Shown piece after piece: positions 57,008 to 64,000 of a stretch of 64,000 nt of DNA. The stretch is from positions 1 through 64,000 of the IMG/VR virus record IMGVR_UViG_3300042691_055965; one strand, given 5' to 3'. Under the pieces are notes generated by a model that was not told the origin of the DNA, did no database searches, and saw only the letters and a list, made by a program, of their open reading frames with translations. The stretch's first letter is position 1, and the number at the start of each line of letters is the position of its first letter. The position numbers and the translations under genes are program-made.

Positions 57008-58807
57008 ATGGCACAAGACAAATATACAATATGGCAAAGGTTGAGTAAGACATTCGGTCCAAGTGCTACACTCGATCAACAATCACCCGTATTCAAGTTC
57101 GATAAAAAAGAACTATTAAAAACAACAGATAAACAAGAATATGAAGTTGAAAAACTTCAAGCACAACAAACTGTTTATTTGGGTAAACAATGGCAAAAGG
57201 TTGAATCTAACCTTTACCAACAAGCAGTATATTATGAACCAACAAGAATGGCTTCATATTATGACTATGAATCAATGGAATATACACCTGAAATATCGGC
57301 AGCTCTTGATGTTTATGCTGAAGAATCTACAACACCCGATAAAGATGGTGATATATTAAAAGTTTATTCTGAATCAAAAAGAATTAAATCTGTTTTGACT
57401 GATTTATTTGTCACCAGAATGGATATTAATACAAATCTCCCAATGTGGACAAGAAACACTTGTAAATTTGGTGACAACTTTATTTATTTGAAATTGGATC
57501 CAGAAAAAGGTGTTGTAGGATGTCAACAATTACCGAATATCCAAATTGAAAGATTGGAAAAAGGGATGCGTTTTCAACCTGACAAGTATTCACAAGAAAT
57601 GGAAAACGATGCATTGAAGTTTGTATGGAAAGAAAAAAACATGGAATTCAATCTTTGGGAAGTAGGACATTTCAGAATATTAGGTGATGACAGAAAACTT
57701 CCTTACGGAACATCTATGTTAGAAAAAGCAAGAAGAATTTGGAAACAATTATTACTTTCTGAAGATGCTATGTTAATATACAGGGTGTCAAGAGCACCTG
57801 AAAGAAGAGTGTTTAAGGTATTTGTTGGAAACATGGATGATAAAGATGTTGACCCATATGTACAAAGAGTTGCAAACAAATTCAAACGAGATCAGATTGC
57901 TGATCCCAAAACAGGTAACGTTGATATGAGGTACAATCAGTTGGCAGTCGATCAAGACTTCTTTATTCCTGTTAGAGATCCGGCACAAACAAACCCAATA
58001 GAGACATTACCTGGTGGTACAAACTTGGCGGAAATCGCAGATATTGAATATATCCAAAAGAAATTGGTTACCGCACTTCGTGTACCAAAGGCTTATTTAG
58101 GTTTTGAAGAAGCGGTGGGTGATGGTAAAAACTTATCATTACTTGATATTAGATTTGCAAGAACAATCAATAGAATCCAAAAATCAATGTTGGCGGAATT
58201 GAATAAAATTGCGATTATACATTTATTTTTGTTAGGGTTTGAAGATGAATTAACAAATTTCAGTCTTGGACTTCACAACCCATCCAAACAAGCAGATTTA
58301 CTTGGTGTGGAAGTATGGAAAGAAAAAATTACGTTATACAAAGACGCTGTTGCACCGATTCAAGATTCAGTTGCTCCTGTTTCAGCGTCATGGGCTAAGA
58401 AACACATACTTGGATTTAGTGATGAAGAAATTAGACTTGACTTACAACAACAGAGGGTTGAAAGAGCGGTTGCTGCTGAACTTGGTAAAACTGCAGAAGT
58501 TATTACTAAAACAGGATTATTTGATAATATCGATAATTTATATGGTAAAAAGGATTCTGAACCTGCAGGGGCACCTGCTGAAGGTGGAGGAATGCCTCCT
58601 GAACCAGGAGGTGGGGCACCTCCACCACCGAGTGAACCACCAGCAGGTGGTGAAGCCGCAGTAACACCTGAAAGATTTGTTAAAGATGGGTTAGATTTGA
58701 TACTAGAAGAAACGTTATTTTATGGAAATGATACACTAGATTTGTCCAAAGGAAAAAATTCTCTTGTAGAAATAAATGAAAAACTTAACGATTTAATCAA
58801 CAAGTAA
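57008..58807 (+). CDS. Portal protein (T4 gp20-like)
   Basis: YGTSMLEKARRIWKQL.L.EDAMLIYRVSRAPERRVF, ETLPGG.NL.EIADIEY..KKL..AL.VP. Confidence 0.95.
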   Translation: MAQDKYTIWQRLSKTFGPSATLDQQSPVFKFDKKELLKTTDKQEYEVEKLQAQQTVYLGKQWQKVESNLYQQAVYYEPTRMASYYDYESMEYTPEISAALDVYAEESTTPDKDGDILKVYSESKRIKSVLTDLFVTRMDINTNLPMWTRNTCKFGDNFIYLKLDPEKGVVGCQQLPNIQIERLEKGMRFQPDKYSQEMENDALKFVWKEKNMEFNLWEVGHFRILGDDRKLPYGTSMLEKARRIWKQLLLSEDAMLIYRVSRAPERRVFKVFVGNMDDKDVDPYVQRVANKFKRDQIADPKTGNVDMRYNQLAVDQDFFIPVRDPAQTNPIETLPGGTNLAEIADIEYIQKKLVTALRVPKAYLGFEEAVGDGKNLSLLDIRFARTINRIQKSMLAELNKIAIIHLFLLGFEDELTNFSLGLHNPSKQADLLGVEVWKEKITLYKDAVAPIQDSVAPVSASWAKKHILGFSDEEIRLDLQQQRVERAVAAELGKTAEVITKTGLFDNIDNLYGKKDSEPAGAPAEGGGMPPEPGGGAPPPPSEPPAGGEAAVTPERFVKDGLDLILEETLFYGNDTLDLSKGKNSLVEINEKLNDLINK

Positions 58808-58827
58808 ATATTTATTGTAAAAACAAT

Positions 58828-59556
58828 ATGAATACTTTTGGAAATATTAAATCAAAAATAGAAAAAGCATCAATTGAATTGTATGGGAAACCTCAATTCA
58901 AAATGTTTATGAATCAATTTAAATCTGTGGTTTTAGAAAACAAAGATTTATCTGAATTGTATTTCATTTATGATGATTTGTCCACAAATAAAAACTTACC
59001 GAACGACATTGCTGATGATTATATCAATGAATCAATAGAATATGCTCAAATATTGATTGAAAACAATGACGAAGAACTTGGTATGGTAAACTATTGGATT
59101 AGTAATATCGTAAAAAAAGATTCAAACAACTATAATGATATTGATACTATCATTTACAACAATAGTATCAAAAATTTAGAAACAGTTTTAGAATCTAAAA
59201 AAAATATCAAAAAAATTATTACTGAAAGTAAAAAAGAAAAAGAAATCGAAAAAATAAATGTTCCAATTAGTTCAATGGTTAAAATTGCAAATTCAACTTT
59301 AACTAATCGTTTTTCTAATTTAAGTGAACAAGAAAGAAAAGAATTAAATTCAATCGTAAAATTATCGACAAAAGAAATAAAAAAAGAAATGGACAACTTG
59401 AAAGAACAAGCAATTTCAAAATTAAAAATGAGTTTGAATGAGTCCAAAGATACTGAACTTACAAAGGCAGTTAATGATACAATACAAAAAATAAAAGAGT
59501 CGAAATACGATTATTATAATTTATATAAACTAAGAAATTTAAATGCGGGATTATGA
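58828..59556 (+). CDS. Head-cluster helical hypothetical protein
   Basis: 242 aa between portal and protease; TATTTAT at 58809-58815. Confidence 0.75.
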   Translation: MNTFGNIKSKIEKASIELYGKPQFKMFMNQFKSVVLENKDLSELYFIYDDLSTNKNLPNDIADDYINESIEYAQILIENNDEELGMVNYWISNIVKKDSNNYNDIDTIIYNNSIKNLETVLESKKNIKKIITESKKEKEIEKINVPISSMVKIANSTLTNRFSNLSEQERKELNSIVKLSTKEIKKEMDNLKEQAISKLKMSLNESKDTELTKAVNDTIQKIKESKYDYYNLYKLRNLNAGL

Positions 59557-59795
59557 AAAATTTTATAGTAAAACTATTGAGTGATGAATCAGGTAGTATT
59601 TCATCAAAAAGATTATCAGGATTGATTTGTGTATTATTTTTAAATGTTACACTTCTTGCTAATTCATTTTCACATGGTGAAATTGCACCATCAGATATGC
59701 TAGTTGAAACTGTTGGGTTACTAGCGTTTGGTACATTAGGTTTAACTTCTACTGAAAGAATTTTTGGGAAAAGGGATTCAAAAAAGAGCGAATAA
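59553..59795 (+). CDS. Small two-TM protein, holin-like
   Basis: SISSKRL followed by two hydrophobic helices and a charged tail. Confidence 0.55.
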   Translation: MKNFIVKLLSDESGSISSKRLSGLICVLFLNVTLLANSFSHGEIAPSDMLVETVGLLAFGTLGLTSTERIFGKRDSKKSE

Positions 59796-59978
59796 TTAGT
59801 TCTTGTTTTTTTGAATATGAATAGCCTTATTTTTCTGTGAGCGTTTTTTCACTGAAGGTTTTACATATTCTTGCCTATTTTTCAAAATTTCATTTTGCTT
59901 TGTTCTATAAACTTTAAATTTATAGGTTTTCAAAGCGCTTTCAATAGAATTCGCATTCTTTACTTCTACTATAATCAT
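59796..59978 (-). CDS. rpsU: Ribosomal protein bS21
   Basis: SIESALKTYK..EILKNRQEYVKPSVKKR matches the S21 pattern; minus-strand TATTTAT at 59998-60004. Confidence 0.85.
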   Translation of the reverse strand: MIIVEVKNANSIESALKTYKFKVYRTKQNEILKNRQEYVKPSVKKRSQKNKAIHIQKNKN

Positions 59979-60085
59979 ATTTTTTGTCGTTATTGATATA
60001 AATATAAGGGATTTTTTTAAATTTTGACATATCCTTAATAATTTTTTATATTTAACTAAAACAATAAACGATTAAGTTATGAAAA

Positions 60086-60535
60086 ATGAAAAAAGGAAAA
60101 ACGTCAAAATTAAACATTTTTGATGATGCAAAGTGTTATTACGGCACAGTCGATTCCAAAGAGTTCAAATCTTTATACATTGTTATACAGACTTGGATTG
60201 AACCAAATGACGATTACACAAATTGGACAAAAATTACAGGACAAATTAAAAGACAAATATTACACAACCTGTTAGAAGTAGTCGAAACAAACACCTTCGA
60301 AAGAAAACAAATAGTAGATTTAGATTTAAGAACAAGTGGAATACAAAAGAACAAAAAAAGTTTTCTAAATTTAGAAATCACCCTTTTTATCCATAACAAA
60401 GATTATGATTTCAAATCCCTTATTTTAAGAAACAAAATTAAAAAAATTGCACAATCGGTATACTTTGACGAACTGAAAAATTCTAAATACTTTACCTTAA
60501 GCAAGACAAAAATCAAAGAATTCAGTATGATATAA
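60086..60535 (+). CDS. Hypothetical protein
   Basis: 149 aa ORF. Confidence 0.7.
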   Translation: MKKGKTSKLNIFDDAKCYYGTVDSKEFKSLYIVIQTWIEPNDDYTNWTKITGQIKRQILHNLLEVVETNTFERKQIVDLDLRTSGIQKNKKSFLNLEITLFIHNKDYDFKSLILRNKIKKIAQSVYFDELKNSKYFTLSKTKIKEFSMI

Positions 60536-60556
60536 TATTTATACTTAAAAAGTATT

Positions 60557-61264
60557 ATGAAAATATTAGGACCTAGTGATATTGGTAAAGGGATTTTAAT
60601 TGAACACGACGCAGGATTAATCAGTTTAAATGATGTAAGAAATAATAAAACAATAAATGAATCCTACGGACAATTAGATTATTCTAAACCATTTGTATTT
60701 TATGCGACACTACAAAAATACGGTGTACCAAACAGAAACGGAAGGGTATACCCTGAAAAAATATTGAAAAGAGAAGCCGAAAAGTACAAAGAAATGATTA
60801 ATAAAGGGATGTCAATTTCGGAATTAAATCACCCTGAATCATCTTTAATTGATTTGGACAGAGTTTCACATTTAATAACAGATGTATGGTGGGAAGGTAA
60901 CGTACTTATGGGTAAAATTAAATTACTTACAACACCAGGATTCCATGAAAGAGGTATTGTATCGTCTAAAGGCGATATTGCAGCAAACATGATGAGACAA
61001 GGGGTTACTATGGGTGTGTCTTCGCGTGGGGTTGGTTCATTGGTTAAGAAAGGTGAACAAAATGAAGTGCAAGAAGATTTTGAACTAATATGTTTCGACT
61101 TGGTATCTTCACCTTCTACACCTGGAGCATATCTATACTTAAATAAAGAAGATAGACCTAAATATGAAGAAAAACTTACAGAGCATGAAAATGTAAATTC
61201 TTTTGGCGGTTTAGAAAAATCAGTTGACTTAATGAAAAGATTATCCGATTATTTGGGTAAATAA
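60557..61264 (+). CDS. Prohead core protease (T4 gp21-like)
   Basis: NRNGRVYP, ELNHP, VSH, GVSSRGVGS, FDLVSSPSTPGA. Confidence 0.95.
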   Translation: MKILGPSDIGKGILIEHDAGLISLNDVRNNKTINESYGQLDYSKPFVFYATLQKYGVPNRNGRVYPEKILKREAEKYKEMINKGMSISELNHPESSLIDLDRVSHLITDVWWEGNVLMGKIKLLTTPGFHERGIVSSKGDIAANMMRQGVTMGVSSRGVGSLVKKGEQNEVQEDFELICFDLVSSPSTPGAYLYLNKEDRPKYEEKLTEHENVNSFGGLEKSVDLMKRLSDYLGK

Positions 61265-61270
61265 AAATTT

Positions 61271-61486
61271 ATGGAACAAGGAGAAAAATATTTTGTAGCA
61301 AAAATTACTTCTGATTTATTGGATACTGAATCAGGTAAAGTAAAAAAGATGAAAGAAGAAAAATTGGTTTTGGGTTATTCACCGACTGACGTTGAAGCAA
61401 AAGTTACCAAAGTTTATGAAAACTATACAATGGATTGGAGAATAACTTCAATTACAGAAAGTAAAATTGATGAGGTAATTGAATAA
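61271..61486 (+). CDS. DUF4494-like small protein
   Basis: YF.AKI..GKVKK.KE..LV...S.TDVEAKV..W.I.SI.ESKI pattern. Confidence 0.55.
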   Translation: MEQGEKYFVAKITSDLLDTESGKVKKMKEEKLVLGYSPTDVEAKVTKVYENYTMDWRITSITESKIDEVIE

Positions 61487-61509
61487 TCAATTAAATTTTT
61501 AAGGTTTAG

Positions 61510-61530
61510 AAGGACACATTACGTGTCCTT
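61510..61530. terminator. Hairpin terminator, left copy of a 21-bp inverted pair
   Basis: AAGGACAC-ATTAC-GTGTCCTT plus T-run. Confidence 0.8.
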
Positions 61531-61582
61531 TTTTTTTTTAACTTATATTTATTATTAAAATAAAAAAATTAAAAATAAAATT

Positions 61583-61879
61583 ATGAAAAAAATTAACCGT
61601 CTGACTGAAAGAGATTTAACACGAATTGTTAAACGTGTAATCAAAGAAGAAGAAGATGATAATAAAAAGGAAAGTAAAGGAATGTCTATAACAATAAAGG
61701 ATGTGTTTGATGAAGTTGTTAACGCACTTAAGGAGTTAGGGGATTACGATGACTCGATGAAAGGAAAAGCAATGAAATTGGCTAAAAAAATTATGTCTAA
61801 TTTCAAAGATGATTTGGCTTATATTTCTGATAACCACGAGGACGAATTATACGATATTCTTGGTGAAGAAAATTATTGA
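61583..61879 (+). CDS. Small protein with class-A leader
   Basis: MKKINRLTERDLTRIVKRVIKEE; TATTTAT at 61546-61552. Confidence 0.75.
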   Translation: MKKINRLTERDLTRIVKRVIKEEEDDNKKESKGMSITIKDVFDEVVNALKELGDYDDSMKGKAMKLAKKIMSNFKDDLAYISDNHEDELYDILGEENY

Positions 61880-61902
61880 TAAACTATTCTTTTAAGGATT
61901 GA

Positions 61903-61923
61903 AAGGACACGTAATGTGTCCTT
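61903..61923. terminator. Hairpin terminator, right copy (exact reverse complement of 61510-61530)
   Basis: AAGGACAC-GTAAT-GTGTCCTT plus T-run. Confidence 0.8.
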
Positions 61924-61990
61924 TTTTTGTTTTATTGAACTTTTTTTTGTCTGACATTATCCAAAAATAAACTTTTTTTAACTTGCTACA

Positions 61991-61997
61991 TATTTAT
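61991..61997 (+). promoter_or_regulatory. TATTTAT putative phage late promoter (representative of >20 copies)
   Basis: Recurs 4-45 nt upstream of start codons of structural/late genes on both strands. Confidence 0.6.
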
Positions 61998-62032
61998 TTG
62001 GTAAATAAACGCATAATGTATTGCATTTAAAA

Positions 62033-63580
62033 ATGGGAATAAATGAAAATAAATCGGTAGTTGAAGAGGCTTTATTACAAATAAAGAACCTTGAAGACGC
62101 TATCAATGAAAACGCAAAAGGAATACTTGCTTCAACTATGAAGGAAGAAATCAGTGAATTAGTAAAAGAATCATTAGGTGGTTACAAAAAAAATCTACGG
62201 GAACAAGACGCTCCTGAAGAACCAGAAGGTGAAGAAGAAGTTGATGTTGACTTAGAAGACGAAACGGAAGTTGAACCTGAAGGTGAGGAAATTGACTTTT
62301 CTGCGGTAGAAAAATTTAATGAACCGCAAGGTGATGAAGAAGTAGGCGATTTTTCCGACCTAGAAGAACCTATGATGGGTGATAATGAAACGGGTAATGA
62401 AATGCCACCACTTGATATGACATCAGCTTCCCCTGAAGAAATTTTGAAAGTATTCAAAGCGATGGGTGATGAAGATGGAATCATTGTTAAAAAAGACGAT
62501 GATTATATCCATTTGTCAGATAATCAAAAGGATGTTGAATATCTTATAAGTGTTGGTGATGAACCCGAAGAAACAGAAGAAACTCAAATGGCAGAAAATG
62601 TGATATATGAGTTAGAAGTTGAAGAATCAGAAAACATGGACTTTAATTTGTTTATGGACGAAGAAGAAGAATTTGAAGGTATGTACATGGACGAAGAAGA
62701 AGAATTTGAAGGTATGTACATGGACGAAGAAGAAGAATTTGAAGGTATGTACATGGACGAAGAAGAAGAACAAGAAGAAACAGTTTATGAAATCGATGAA
62801 GAAGATTTGGAATCCGTAATGGAGGCATTCAAAGCTGTTGGACTTGGTTTTGGAAAACCGATGAAAACTTTTTCTAAAATGGAAGTAAACGACAAAGGAT
62901 TCAAGGATGATAAAAAACAAGGTGAAAATCTGAAAAGAAAAGGTCCGAAGTTTAAATATCCAAAAATCAAACATGGTGTTACTGAAATGGAAGATAAAGA
63001 AATGGATGAAGAATGGAATGAAGAAGAATACAACGAAGGAATGGATTACCATGAAGAAGAAGCAGAAACAAAAGAAGCTGCTAGAACATATGGTAAAGGT
63101 TCTAAACGTGGTAGAGGCTTAAGAAAAGGGGTCACTCCAAACAGAAACTTAGTTTACGGTGAAAACGGTGTTCATTCTGAATCAGTACAAAATGAAATCA
63201 ATGTTTTAAGAGAAAAAAATGAAGAGTACAAAAAGGCTCTTGACTTCTTTAGAAACAAATTGAATGAAGTTGCTGTATTTAATTCCAATTTGGCGTATTC
63301 AACAAGATTGTTCACTGAACATTCAACTACTAAACAAGAAAAGATTAACATTCTTAGAAGATTTGACGAAGTCGATACTTTGAAAGAATCAAAATCTTTG
63401 TACAAAACAATTAAAACAGAATTAGATGGAAAAGGTTCATCTAATACAATAAAAGAATCTATCGAAAGACGAGTTGTTAAAACACCATCTAATGGTTCAT
63501 CAACAAATCTAATCGAAAGTAAAACGTATGAAAATCCACAATTCTTAAGAATGAAGGATTTGATGACAAAAATAAAATAA
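62033..63580 (+). CDS. Prohead scaffold/core protein (T4 gp22-like)
   Basis: Highly acidic with coiled-coil C-half; located between protease and MCP; likely ATG at 62033. Confidence 0.8.
   Translation: MGINENKSVVEEALLQIKNLEDAINENAKGILASTMKEEISELVKESLGGYKKNLREQDAPEEPEGEEEVDVDLEDETEVEPEGEEIDFSAVEKFNEPQGDEEVGDFSDLEEPMMGDNETGNEMPPLDMTSASPEEILKVFKAMGDEDGIIVKKDDDYIHLSDNQKDVEYLISVGDEPEETEETQMAENVIYELEVEESENMDFNLFMDEEEEFEGMYMDEEEEFEGMYMDEEEEFEGMYMDEEEEQEETVYEIDEEDLESVMEAFKAVGLGFGKPMKTFSKMEVNDKGFKDDKKQGENLKRKGPKFKYPKIKHGVTEMEDKEMDEEWNEEEYNEGMDYHEEEAETKEAARTYGKGSKRGRGLRKGVTPNRNLVYGENGVHSESVQNEINVLREKNEEYKKALDFFRNKLNEVAVFNSNLAYSTRLFTEHSTTKQEKINILRRFDEVDTLKESKSLYKTIKTELDGKGSSNTIKESIERRVVKTPSNGSSTNLIESKTYENPQFLRMKDLMTKIK
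62654..62770 (+). repeat. Perfect 33-bp tandem repeat x3.5 (MDEEEEFEGMY)
   Basis: ATGGACGAAGAAGAAGAATTTGAAGGTATGTAC repeated in frame. Confidence 0.95.
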
Positions 63581-63613
63581 ACAAATAAATAAACTCAAAT
63601 TAAAAAAATAAAA

Positions 63614-64000
63614 ATGGGAGCATTATTAGAATCAGGTCTTGTTGGTAACATCGGTCTTAAGCACCTTAAAGTTATCAAAGAAGATACAATTAACAAATGG
63701 GATAAATTAGGATTCCTAGACGGTCTTAAAGGACACATCAAAGAGAACATGGCACAATTATATGAAAACCAAGCGTCTCACCTAATTAACGAAGCCGCGT
63801 CAACTGATAGTTCAGGTTCTTTCGAAACTGTAGTTTTCCCTATCGTTCGTCGTGTATTCTCTAAATTGTTGGCTAACGACATCGTTTCTGTACAAGCAAT
63901 GAACTTACCTATTGGTAAATTGTTCTACTTCGTACCTAAAATCCAAGGTTACACAACTGCAAATCCTACCACAAGTGCAATTCACAACCAACCAATTGGT
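63614..64000 (+). CDS. Major capsid protein (T4 gp23-like), 5' partial
   Basis: Hand-translated MGALLESG..KWDKLGFL..QLYENQ..LINEAAS..VFPIVRRVFSKLLANDIVSVQAMNLPIGKLFYF; runs off the window. Confidence 0.95.
   Translation, partial: MGALLESGLVGNIGLKHLKVIKEDTINKWDKLGFLDGLKGHIKENMAQLYENQASHLINEAASTDSSGSFETVVFPIVRRVFSKLLANDIVSVQAMNLPIGKLFYFVPKIQGYTTANPTTSAIHNQPIG

Noticed and set aside
55192-58807. Intein or intron in terminase or portal
   Set aside because: Lengths are normal, motifs are contiguous, and no splice motifs are visible
62654-62770. 33-bp direct repeats as a CRISPR array
   Set aside because: Contiguous, no spacers, in frame within the scaffold CDS; no cas genes in the window
835-63405. 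Many short antisense or alternate-frame ORFs in the track (e.g. 2459-2701, 15563-15889, 22174-22587, 54692-55165, 62627-63052)
   Set aside because: They lie within longer, motif-supported genes and show shadow composition (Ser/Phe/Ile-rich)
1-64000. Stop-codon reassignment as in some jumbo phages
   Set aside because: Conserved genes are intact in code 11, and TAG terminates ORFs (e.g. at 28435 and 33361)

Overview
AT-rich (about 30% GC by eye), gene-dense segment of a large T4-like (jumbo/huge) phage; it is not a cellular chromosome. Standard genetic code. The host is very probably Bacteroidota: TAnnTTTG -7 promoter boxes, no Shine-Dalgarno sites before genes, a T9SS C-terminal-domain protein and a DUF4494-like gene. 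The right end is the head-morphogenesis block: terminase large subunit, portal, ribosomal protein bS21, prohead protease, scaffold, and the start of the major capsid protein. The middle is a ~15 kb fibre/adhesin/LamG cluster followed by a denV-like glycosylase, a GIY-YIG homing endonuclease, a tmRNA, an M28 peptidase and an N-domain-less ClpC. The left holds UvrC, a PAP2 phosphatase, a ferritin-like protein, a T9SS cargo adhesin, and a translationally coupled operon of two histidine kinases, a receiver and a coiled-coil 2-TM protein directly upstream of a GH19 endolysin. Best candidates for undescribed biology: (1) a sensory phosphorelay next to the lysis gene; (2) recurrent N-terminal leader peptides on otherwise unrelated proteins, resembling the scaffold C-terminus and ending in prohead-protease-type sites (possible capsid-loading tags); (3) a structured intergenic RNA with a 12-nt complement of the Bacteroidota 16S 3' tail, in a bS21-encoding phage; (4) a tmRNA with a long non-canonical tag beside a phage Clp ATPase. 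Family assignments come from recognised motifs only; no searches were run.
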